Assembly: GCA_030447545.1 (NCBI GenBank)
Contig: JAUJOV010000005.1
Location: 3,308-67,307 of the forward strand
Origin: Sphingomicrobium sp.
Lineage (GTDB): Bacteria; Pseudomonadota; Alphaproteobacteria; Sphingomonadales; Sphingomonadaceae
Reading direction: 5' to 3'
DNA: 64,000 nt
The notes under the pieces are model-generated. The model had not been told where the DNA came from. It did no database searches and saw only the letters and a program-made list of their open reading frames with translations. Shown piece by piece: positions 21,111 to 30,940 of this stretch. The position numbers and the translations under genes are program-made. Positions within the stretch are counted from its first letter, which is position 1, and each line of letters opens with the position of its first letter.

Positions 21111-21731
21111 CTATGCCTTTCGTTTGGCTTTGTCGGCCATCGCATCGACCTCGGGCATGTCGGCCAGAAGCCGGTCGAGCGCGTCGGTAAGCAGCATCTG
21201 CGCCGAGCGGCCGCTGACCGCGCATGCGAGGCGCAGGCGAAGATGGCGCTGCGGATCGAGTCGAAGCGTGAACGCCGCCTTGCCCTTGCTGCCCGGAGCC
21301 GAGCGCGGCTTGGCAGCGCGTCGGGGCGCGGGTGCCGGAGCCGCCACTGCGACGATCTGCGGAGCCTCTGCCTGTGCCGGAGCATCGACAACGTGGGGAC
21401 TCTCCTCAGCCGCATGCTCGTCGGAGTCGGCGACGAATCGGCCGGCGATGTGGGCCTGCTGCGAATGCACCGGCGACTCCACCGGAGTGAGCCCGGCATG
21501 ACCGTGGAGCACCGGATGCTCGGCGATCGTCTCGCCGAACGCATCATGCTCATCGTCGCGGGCGATTGGAGCGGGCTTGGGCGCTTCGAAGCCCATGTCG
21601 TTCCAGCCGAGATCCTCGAGGTTGGCGCCGACCTGCCCGAAGCCCTGAGGCCGCATGGCGGGCTTGGCTGCGCCTTTGCGGGCGAGCAGGCCGGAGGAGA
21701 GCGATGCGAAAGCCTTGGGTTCGCTTTTCAC
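21111..21731 (-). CDS. Hypothetical protein downstream of ParA; C-terminal ribbon-helix-helix-like segment
   Basis: N-terminal ASLSSGLLARKGAAKPAMR, disordered middle, C-terminal AFTLRLDPQRHLRLRLACA..RSAQMLLTDALD. Confidence 0.75.
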   Translation of the reverse strand: MKSEPKAFASLSSGLLARKGAAKPAMRPQGFGQVGANLEDLGWNDMGFEAPKPAPIARDDEHDAFGETIAEHPVLHGHAGLTPVESPVHSQQAHIAGRFVADSDEHAAEESPHVVDAPAQAEAPQIVAVAAPAPAPRRAAKPRSAPGSKGKAAFTLRLDPQRHLRLRLACAVSGRSAQMLLTDALDRLLADMPEVDAMADKAKRKA

Positions 21732-21747
21732 TTGGCGCGCCCCCTGC

Positions 21748-22467
21748 TCAACCGACCACTCGGCGGCCGAAGCCCCCGACTGGACGCGGACTGGCCGAAC
21801 CAACGCCGGGCGCCGCATTGGGCGCTGCAAAGACGGTGCGGCGGAAATTCTTTTCGAGCCGGTCGGAGATATATTCCCACAGCTCGACGACTTCCTTGGC
21901 CGAGCGGCCGTTGGGGTCGATCTCCATCACCGTGCGACCGTCGATCATCGAGGCGGCAAAGTCGGTGCGGTGGTGAAGCGTGACCGGAGCAACCGTGCCG
22001 TGCTGCGAAAGCGCGACCGCCGCTTCATAAGTGATCTTGGCCTTGGGCGTCGCCGCGTTGACCACGAAGATCAGCGGCTTTCCCGCGCGGTCGCAAAGGT
22101 CGACGGTGGCGCCGACGGCGCGAAGGTCGTGCGGGCTCGGGCGGGTCGGGATGACGATCAGCTCGGCAACCGCGATGACGCTCTGGATCGCCATGGTGAT
22201 CGCCGGCGGAGTGTCGACGACGGCAAGGCGGAAGCCCTGCTGGCGGAGCACTTCGAGGTCGGATGCAAGGCGCGCGACCGTGGTCTGGGCGAAGGCCGGC
22301 ATCTCGGCCTCGCGCTCGTTCCACCAGTCGGCAAGGCTGCCCTGCGGGTCGATGTCGATCAGGCACACGGGGCCTGCCCCGGCCATCTGCGCCTGCACCG
22401 CAAGATGCCCGGACAGGGTCGTCTTTCCCGACCCGCCCTTCTGCGATGCCATTGCCAGAACGCGCAT
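21748..22467 (-). CDS. Orphan ParA-family ATPase
   Basis: Deviant Walker A SQKGGSGKTT, IDIDPQGS, VVDTPP, IPTRPSPHDL. Confidence 0.93.
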   Translation of the reverse strand: MRVLAMASQKGGSGKTTLSGHLAVQAQMAGAGPVCLIDIDPQGSLADWWNEREAEMPAFAQTTVARLASDLEVLRQQGFRLAVVDTPPAITMAIQSVIAVAELIVIPTRPSPHDLRAVGATVDLCDRAGKPLIFVVNAATPKAKITYEAAVALSQHGTVAPVTLHHRTDFAASMIDGRTVMEIDPNGRSAKEVVELWEYISDRLEKNFRRTVFAAPNAAPGVGSASPRPVGGFGRRVVG

Positions 22468-22601
22468 GCTTGTCCCCTCACCCAAGCCCACAGGTTACGC
22501 AGCCGAAGTGGCAACCAAGGCTCGAAAATCAGGTTAACATGGCGAAGACGCTGTTGCCGGTCGCGCAGCTTGCGGTACGCTCGCGCACGGGAGGCCCGGT
22601 G

Positions 22602-23485
22602 ATGCGAGGAAAGCTGTTGCAGTGGCTGGCGGCGGGCGCGGCAATCGCCTGCGCTGTGCCCGCCCATGGGCAAAGCGTCAGTGCGGGAATCCTCGCGTGG
22701 CAGAAGGGAGATCACGCACGTGCGGTCGAAATCTGGCGGCCGCTCGCCCAGGCCGGCGACGCCGACGCGGCGTTCAACCCCGGCCAGGCGTATCGGCTTG
22801 GCCGAGGAGTCGCGATCGACCTCGCCACGGCGCAGGTCTGGTTCGAGCAGGCGGCGCGCGGCGGCCACGTGGACGCGCAGACGACGCTCGGGCTCCTGCT
22901 CTTCCACAATGGCAATCGCACCGGCGGACTGCGCTGGCTGAGGCAGGCGGCCGACCAGGGCGAACCGCGCGCGATGCTGATCTACGGGACTGCGTTGTTC
23001 AACGGGGACGGAATGCCGCAGGACCCGGTCCGAGCCTATGCCTATGTGAGCCGCGCAGCGGCGCAGGGACTGGCGCCGGCAAGTCGACGCCCGCGCAGAT
23101 GGACGAGATCCTGCCGCTCGAGCAGCGCAGGAGGGGTCTAGCGCTGGCGATGGAGAAGGCCAAAGCCGCGGCTCGCAAGCCCGTGGCCCGCCGACCCTCG
23201 GTGAGCGCGGCGCCGGCGGCGAGAGCTGCCAAGGCGCCCTCGCCCGCTCCCGCATCCGGCAAGTTTCGCATCCAGCTTGGCGCCTTTTCCAACCGCTCGT
23301 CGGCCGAGGCCCTGTTCCGCCGTCTCTCGAGCAGCGCGCCGGTCGCCGGGCGGCAGCTCCATCTGGTTCCAGCGGGCGCAGTAACCCGGCTTCAGGTCGG
23401 CCCCTTCGCAAGTCGCGCGGCCGCGGCCGAGGCGTGCAAGGCGCTGTCGGCGAAGGGGCAGGCCTGCTTCGTCGTCTCGAAGTGA
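22602..23485 (+). CDS. Sel1-repeat plus SPOR-domain periplasmic protein (frameshift ~23080)
   Basis: Signal peptide, Sel1 repeats (AYRLGRGV..D...A..WFEQAA; WLRQAADQG), SPOR domain FRIQLGAFS..RLQVGPFASR..C..L....C in second frame. Confidence 0.85.
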
Positions 23486-23489
23486 GCGC

Positions 23490-24365
23490 CTAACGCGTAA
23501 CCCAGTCGCGCTTGCGGATTCCCGAGCCCACAGCAAGGCGTCGAGCCCGTGGTGGTCGAGCCGCGCGTCGGCGACTTCGGCAAGCGCGGGCTTGGCACGA
23601 AAAGCGACGCCGAGCCCCGCCTCCTCGACCATCAGCCGGTCGTTGGCCCCGTCGCCGACGGCAAGCACGTCCTCGTTCCTGACGCCAAGCTCCTCGCGCG
23701 CCTCGATCAGCGCGTCGCGCTTGGCCTGAGCATCGACGATCGGGTCCTCGACCGAGCCGCTGAGCTGCCGGCCGTCGAACAGCAGCCGGTTGGCACGCAC
23801 GAGTGGAAGCCGAGCATCTTGGCGATCGGCTCGGCGAAGGAGACGAAGCCGCCGGTGACCAGGATCGCGCGCTCCGCCGACGCGCATCGTTCGCACCAGC
23901 GTCGCCGCGCCCGGATTCTGGGATCACCCGCTCGGAAAGGCAACGGGCGATCGCCTCCTCGTCGAGGCCCGACAGCAGTGCGACGCGCTCGCGAAGCGCC
24001 GCCTTGAAGTCGAGCTTGCCCTGCATCGCGCGCTCGGTGATCTCGGCGATCTCGGACTTGAGGCCGGCGAAATCGGCAAGCTCGTCGAGGCATTCCTGGC
24101 CGACGATGGTCGAATCCATGTCGGCGACCAGCAGGCGCCTGAAGCGCGGTTCATCGGGCTGGACGAAGACGTCGACCTGCGGAAGACTCTCGAGACCCCA
24201 GCGGATCGCACGCCCATCGCCGGAGACGCTGAGGTCGACCGCGTCGCCCTCGTCGATCCAGCCGGCGAAGCGCGCCTTCGGGTCAATTTCGCGAAGCGCT
24301 CCAAGCGCTCGGTCGATCAGCCTGTCATCGAGCCGTCCGGCTGCTATCAAAGTGACAATGGCCAT
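23490..24365 (-). CDS. serB: Phosphoserine phosphatase (several frameshifts in 3' half)
   Basis: LVADMDSTIVGQECLDELA, ITERAMQG.LDF...LRERV; LVTGGF and AVGDGAND..M...GLGVAF.AKP in other frames. Confidence 0.92.
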   Translation of the reverse strand: MAIVTLIAAGRLDDRLIDRALGALREIDPKARFAGWIDEGDAVDLSVSGDGRAIRWGLESLPQVDVFVQPDEPRFRRLLVADMDSTIVGQECLDELADFAGLKSEIAEITERAMQGKLDFKAALRERVALLSGLDEEAIARCLSERVIPESGRGDAGANDARRRSARSWSPAASSPSPSRSPRCSASTRACQPAAVRRPAAQRLGRGPDRRCSGQARRADRGARGAWRQERGRACRRRRGQRPADGRGGGARRRFSCQARACRSRRRAARPPRARRLAVGSGIRKRDWVTR

Positions 24366-25296
24366 GGGTACGAAGTCCAAACCTCCTGTGGCGCTCATTG
24401 CCGGCCCGACCGCAAGCGGCAAGTCGGCACTGGCCCTCAAATTTGCAGAGCAAAATGACGGGGTGATCGTCAACGCCGACAGCGCGCAAATCTATCGCGA
24501 CTTGGCCGTCCTGAGCGCCGCGCCCGGGCGGCAAGAGCTCGCGCGCGCCGAGCACCGGCTGTATGCAGTGATCGACGGCGCACAGGCCTGCTCGGCGGCC
24601 GACTGGGCGGGGATGGCGCGGCGCGAGATCGCTGACATCCATGCGTCGGGAAAGCTGCCGATTCTCGTCGGTGGGACCGGCCTCTACCTGCGCACCCTGT
24701 TCGACGGCATTGCACCGGTGCCGCCGATCGACCCCAATCTGAGGCGGCGAGTGCGCGGCTCCAGTGTCGAAGAAAACCGCAGCCAATTGATGGAGTTGGA
24801 CAGCGAAGCTGCGAACCGGCTTGAACCCGCGGACACGACGCGCATCGCCCGCGCGCTCGAGGTCATGCTCTCGACCGGGCAACCGTTGCGCGAGTGGCAG
24901 CAGCAGCGCGAGGGCGGCATCGGCGGGCAAGTGGACCTTCGACCGCTGATCCTCCTCCCGCCGCGCGACTGGCTCTACCGCCGCTGCGACGAACGCTTCG
25001 CGCAGATGATCGAGCAAGGCGCGGCGAACGAGGTGCGGGCGCTGCTCGGCCGTGGCCTTGACGCCGACCTGCCGGTGATGCGCGCCATCGGCGTGCGCGA
25101 GATCGCCGCCTGGCTGGGCGGTGAGACCAGCCGCGAACAGGCAATCGCCGCCGGCAGCCAAGCGACCCGGCGCTATGCCAAGCGGCAGTACACCTGGTTC
25201 GCCCACCAGCTGCCGCCGGACTGGCCGCGGTTCCGCGAAGCGCTGGAAGGCCGGCCGGTGGCTGAGGCGCTGGCGCTGCTCGGCGCGAAGTCCTAG
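24364..25296 (+). CDS. miaA: tRNA dimethylallyltransferase
   Basis: IAGPTASGKS, NADSAQIY, LVGGTGLY, RIARALEV, TRRYAKRQYTWF. Confidence 0.97.
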   Translation: MGTKSKPPVALIAGPTASGKSALALKFAEQNDGVIVNADSAQIYRDLAVLSAAPGRQELARAEHRLYAVIDGAQACSAADWAGMARREIADIHASGKLPILVGGTGLYLRTLFDGIAPVPPIDPNLRRRVRGSSVEENRSQLMELDSEAANRLEPADTTRIARALEVMLSTGQPLREWQQQREGGIGGQVDLRPLILLPPRDWLYRRCDERFAQMIEQGAANEVRALLGRGLDADLPVMRAIGVREIAAWLGGETSREQAIAAGSQATRRYAKRQYTWFAHQLPPDWPRFREALEGRPVAEALALLGAKS

Positions 25297-25307
25297 TCGC
25301 ACCTGCG

Positions 25308-26285
25308 ATGGAATTGCTGCGCGAAAGCGACATCGATCCGGCGCCGCTCAAGGGCAGGCGCGTCGCAATCGTCGGCTTCGGCAACCAGGGCCGAGCGCAG
25401 GCGCTGAACCTGCACGACAGCGGGATCGACGTGGTCGTCGCCCTGCGCAGCGGTTCGCGAAGCAAGCTCACGGCGGAGGAAGCGGGCCTCGCGACGGGCT
25501 CGATCGAGGACGCCGCCCAATCCGCCGACGTCATCATGTTCCTTGCTCCCGACGAGACACACGCCGGCATCTACGGGGACATCGAAAGCCGCGTCCGCCG
25601 AGGCGCGGCGATCGGGTTCAGCCATGGCCTGGCGATCCGCTTCGGCTTGATCGCGCCTCGCGCCGACCTCGACGTCTTCCTGATCGCGCCCAAGGGGCCC
25701 GGAACCGCGCTTCGCTCGCTCTATCGCGAGGGCAAGGGGATGATCGCCCTATGGGCAATCGCGCAGGATTCGAGCGGCTCGGCGCGCGAGCTTGCCCTCG
25801 CCTACGGCCGGGCGGTCGGCTGCGCCCGGGCCGGCCTGATCGCCTCGACCTTTGCCGAAGAATGCGAGGCCGATCTGTTCAACGAGCAGGCGGTCGTGTG
25901 GGGCGGCGTGCCCGAGCTGCTGGTCGCCGGCTTCGAGACTCTCGTCGACGCCGGCATCGCGCCCGAAGTCGCCTTCCTCGAATGCGTCGGCGAGCTGAGG
26001 CTTATCGCCGACCTGATCGAGCAGCGCGGCATCGCCGGCATGCGCGAAGCGACTTCGAACACCGCCGAGCTGGCCGCAGTGATGGGCGGCCCGCGCATCA
26101 TCGACGAACATGTCCGTCGCCGGATGCAGGACGTGCTCGCCGACGTCAGCAGCGGCCGGTTCGCGCAGGAGCTTCGGCGCGAGGCGAAAGGCGGCTACCC
26201 TCGGCTCAGCCAGGCACGCGCGGCTTCACGCGCCCACGCGATCGAGCAGATCTTCGAACAGTTGAGGAAGCTGAGCGAGCCCTAG
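25308..26285 (+). CDS. ilvC: Ketol-acid reductoisomerase
   Basis: GFGNQGRAQALNLHDSG, LAPDE, FSHG, IAPKGPG, F.EECEADLFNEQ, SNTAE. Confidence 0.93.
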   Translation: MELLRESDIDPAPLKGRRVAIVGFGNQGRAQALNLHDSGIDVVVALRSGSRSKLTAEEAGLATGSIEDAAQSADVIMFLAPDETHAGIYGDIESRVRRGAAIGFSHGLAIRFGLIAPRADLDVFLIAPKGPGTALRSLYREGKGMIALWAIAQDSSGSARELALAYGRAVGCARAGLIASTFAEECEADLFNEQAVVWGGVPELLVAGFETLVDAGIAPEVAFLECVGELRLIADLIEQRGIAGMREATSNTAELAAVMGGPRIIDEHVRRRMQDVLADVSSGRFAQELRREAKGGYPRLSQARAASRAHAIEQIFEQLRKLSEP

Positions 26286-26470
26286 CCGAGCTGTTCGGGA
26301 AGCTCGGTGACCCGGGCGCCGATGCACGCGCGCTCGAGATAGGCACGCTGCAGCCGGCGATGCGCCTCCGCGGCGTCGTCATCCGCTGCGGCAAGGGCGA
26401 GCTCCTGCTCCTCGGCAGCACGCTGCGCGAAATAGGCGCGGTCGCCGGCGACTGCTGCAAGATCGTCCAT
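26282..26470 (-). CDS. Small hypothetical helical protein (62 aa)
   Basis: GGAG RBS before ATG; YF..RA.EE...A..A....A...H..L...Y pattern; fills gap between ilvC and mutL. Confidence 0.7.
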   Translation of the reverse strand: MDDLAAVAGDRAYFAQRAAEEQELALAAADDDAAEAHRRLQRAYLERACIGARVTELPEQLG

Positions 26471-26539
26471 CACCCGTCTCCTCCGGACGGCGCGCCATAG
26501 CACCGCTGTCCTGCCATGTCGCCTGCGACGGCTAGCAAA

Positions 26540-28329
26540 TCAGCGGCGCCCGAACAATTTCTCCATGTCACAATGGCCGAGCTTCACCCAGGTCGGGCGG
26601 CCGTGGTTACACTGGCCCGAGCGCGGAGTGACCTCCATCTCGCGCAAAAGCGCGTTCATCTCGGCGACCGAAAGCACCCGCCCCGCCCGAACCGAGCCGT
26701 GGCAGGCGATGGTCGCCGCGACATGGTCGAGCTTCTCCTGGAGCGAGAGCGCCGACCCGAGCTCGGCAAGCTCGGCGGCGAGGTCGGCGACGAGCCCGCG
26801 CACGTCGGCTGTCCCAAGCGCCGCGGGCGTGGCGCGCACCAGCACTGCGCTCGGGCCGAACCTCTCGAGGTCGAGCCCGAGCTGCGAAAGCTCGTCGGCC
26901 GCGGCCTCGATGCGGTCGCATTCGGGCTCGTCGAGCTCGATCACCTCGGGCATCAGCAGCGGCTGGCGAGCGACCGAGCCGCCGCTTCGCGCCGCGCGCA
27001 TGCGCTCGAGCACCAGCCGTTCGTGCGCCGCATGCTGGTCGACGATCACCAGCCCGTCCTCGGCCTCGGCAATGATGTAGGTCGCAGCCACCTGCCCGCG
27101 CGCGACTCCGAGTGGGTAGCCTGGCACCTCGGCAGTCGCGGGCTCGGCGACCCGCGGGCTCGACCCTGATGCCGCTGAACAAAGCGCGCGCTCCTCGCGC
27201 ACACTTCGAACACGCCGCCGGCCGCGGCCACTCCTGCAAGAAGTGCGACCGCGTCGTCCGGGCCAGGGGCCGGGCCGAAGTCCTCGCTCGTGGTCCACAG
27301 CACCGGTGCCGCCGCCTGTTCCCGCGTCGCGCTGCGCTGGCTCGCCTCGTCGAGCGCGGCTCGGATCCCGCCGACGATCAGGGCCGCGCACCGCCGCCGC
27401 GTCGCGGAAGCGGACCTCGGTCTTGGCCGGATGGACGTTCACGTCCACCTCCTCGAGCGGCACCGAGACGAACAAAGCTGCGATCGGGTGGCGGTCGCGG
27501 GCGATCAGGTCGCGGTAAGCGGCCCTGAGCGCACCGACCAGAAGCCGATCCTTCACCGGCCGCGCATTGACGAACAGATATTGCTGGTCGGCCATTCCGC
27601 GGTTGTGGGTTGGAAGGCTGACCACCCCGGTGAGCCCGAGCCCGGGACGCTCGCAGTCGATGCCGATGCCGTTACGGGTCGAGTGCCGAGCCGAGCAGCT
27701 CGGCCACGCGCGCGGGCGGAAGCGTCGGCTGCAGCGACAGTATCCGGCGCCCGTCATGTTCGAGCGTGAAAGGACATCGCTTCGCGCCATCGCGAGGCGC
27801 TTCACGTTGTCCAGGCAGGCCGCATATTCGGCGCGCGGGCTGCGCAGGAACCTGCGCCTTGCGGGCACCTTGTCGAACAGGCCCTCGACGCGCACGCACG
27901 TCCCTGGCGAAGCGAGGCCGGCTCCTCCCCGCCGCGGCGCCATGGTCGAGCGCAATTCGCCAGCCCCCTCCTGCCCCTTTGGCGCCGCCGCGCACGCGGC
28001 TGTCGAGAGTCAGCCGCGAGACGCTGGCGATCGAGGGAAGCGCCTCGCCGCGAAAGCCGAAGCTGGTGATGCGATCGAGCCCGTCCTCGGTCAGCTTCGA
28101 GGTCGTGCCGCTCGAGCGCGAGGCGCATGTCGGCTGGCTCCATTCCGCAGCCGTCGTCCGCCACCTCGATCAGCTCGAGCCCGCCGGCAATCAGCCTGAT
28201 CCGTACGCTTCGCGCGCCGGCATCGAGAGCGTTTTCAAGCAGTTCCTTAAGAGCGCTCGCGGGCCGCTCGACCACCTCGCCCGCGGCGATGCGATTGACG
28301 AGGTCCGAGGGCAGCCTTCTTATTGACAT
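26540..28329 (-). CDS. mutL: DNA mismatch repair protein MutL (multiple frameshifts)
   Basis: [44 protein letters not shown] (other frame), [38 protein letters not shown]. Confidence 0.95.
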
Positions 28330-28427
28330 GTTAACCGTTCCTAGCCCATTCCGAGGCAGCCCGCGAAGCGGGGATTTATCGCGGGAATTCAGTCCGCATT
28401 CAAAGGCATGGGGTTAAACGTCGGTGA

Positions 28428-29528
<1,101 letters not shown>

Positions 29529-29542
29529 AAAGGTCCTGAGCA

Positions 29543-30412
29543 GTGGCGACCGCGCGCCCCGGCTGGTCGCGCCGAGCGCAATATGGGCTGTTCTTCAGCT
29601 TCCTTGCAGCAATTGCCGGCTTAGTGATCGGAGTGATTCTGCTCGGCCTCTCGCTCGTCGCGCCCAACGCCTATTCCTCGGTGCGCGGCACCGCGCTCGA
29701 CGCGACCGCGCCGCTGTCGGGTGCACTTCACGAGGTCAGCGCGACGTTCAACGGGCTGTTCAGCGGCGCCGGCGACTACTGGGACGCGGTCCACCAGAAC
29801 GCGCGGTTGAAGCGCGAACGCCAGATCATGCTCCAGCGGATCATCGAAGCGCGCGCCGTGCTCCAGGAGAACCGCGAATTGAAGGCCGCGCTCCAGCTGC
29901 GCGAGCGCAGCACGCAGGCCGTCGCCACGGGACGGATCGTCGGCTCCTCGTTCAGCAGCCCGCGCCGCTTCGCGATCCTCTCGGCCGGGCGCTCGGACGG
30001 CGTGCGCGTCGGAATGCCCGTGCGCTCGTCCGACGGGCTGATCGGCCGAGTGGTCGACGCCGGCGCACTCGCCTCGCGAGTCCTGCTGGTGTCTGACCGC
30101 GCAAGCATCGTCCCCGCCAAGATCCTGCGCAGCGGCCAGCCGGTCATCTCGCAGGGGCGCGGGGACGGAACGGTCGACCTGAGGCCGCTCGAGGTCGGCC
30201 GCAACCCGTTCCGCCCGGGCGACGTGGTGATCACTTCTGGAACCGGCGGCCTCTATCCGCCGCTGGTGCCGATCGCGCGCGTGGTGCGTCTGGACGACGA
30301 TGGGGCAATCGCGCTTCCGCTCGCCGACCCGACGCGGACGAGCTTCGGGGTCGTCGAGCGGGCTTATGAGCCGATGGCCGTGGCCGAAGAAGCTGCAGCG
30401 GGCGTAGAGTAA
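29543..30412 (+). CDS. mreC: Rod shape-determining protein MreC
   Basis: N-terminal TM, coiled coil ENRELKAAL, GLIGRV, SRVLL, VITSGTGGLYP; follows mreB. Confidence 0.95.
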   Translation: MATARPGWSRRAQYGLFFSFLAAIAGLVIGVILLGLSLVAPNAYSSVRGTALDATAPLSGALHEVSATFNGLFSGAGDYWDAVHQNARLKRERQIMLQRIIEARAVLQENRELKAALQLRERSTQAVATGRIVGSSFSSPRRFAILSAGRSDGVRVGMPVRSSDGLIGRVVDAGALASRVLLVSDRASIVPAKILRSGQPVISQGRGDGTVDLRPLEVGRNPFRPGDVVITSGTGGLYPPLVPIARVVRLDDDGAIALPLADPTRTSFGVVERAYEPMAVAEEAAAGVE

Positions 30413-30416
30413 GGCC

Positions 30417-30940
30417 ATGGTCCGCGCAGCGCTCGCCTCGAAACGCAGAATCGGGCAGGGACCGGTCGTGGGCGCGCGCTACGTGCCCAAGGCCTCGGTG
30501 CTCGTCGCGTCGCTGCTCGCTGCCGTGCCGATCGTCTCGACCAGCGGCTGGTACCCGGACTTCGGCTTCCTCGTGCTGATAGCCAGGCCGCTGCTTAGCT
30601 CCCCGACGCCTTCCCGACCTGGTGGGCAGCGCCGCTCGGCCTGTTCAACGACCTCGTCACCGGCAATCCGATCGGCCTGTCGGTCAGCCTGTGGACCGCG
30701 GCAATGCTCCTGCTCGACATCGCCGACCGCCGCACCATGTTCCGTGGCTACTGGCTCGAATGGGTGCTTGCGGCCGTGCTTCTGCTTGGCTGGGAAGCGG
30801 CGCAGTGGAACGTCGCTCGAGTCACGGGTGCCGCCATGCCGTTCCTGTCCATCATCCCGCCGTTCCTGATTGCGGTGTTCGCCTTCCCGGTCGCGGCATG
30901 GTTCGTGTCGGCGCTCGACCAGTGGAGGCTCGGCCGATGA
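30417..30940 (+). CDS. mreD: Rod shape-determining protein MreD (frameshifted ~30585-30620)
   Basis: Hydrophobic pieces in two frames (PDFGFLVLI; WAAPLGLFNDLVTGNPIG); position between mreC and mrdA. Confidence 0.85.

Noticed and set aside
22525-22545. CtrA-binding site (GTTAAC) in the parA/Sel1-SPOR intergenic region, and similar TTAA words upstream of mreB (28331, 28413)
   Set aside because: Only half-sites; no full TTAA-N7-TTAA match, too weak to call.
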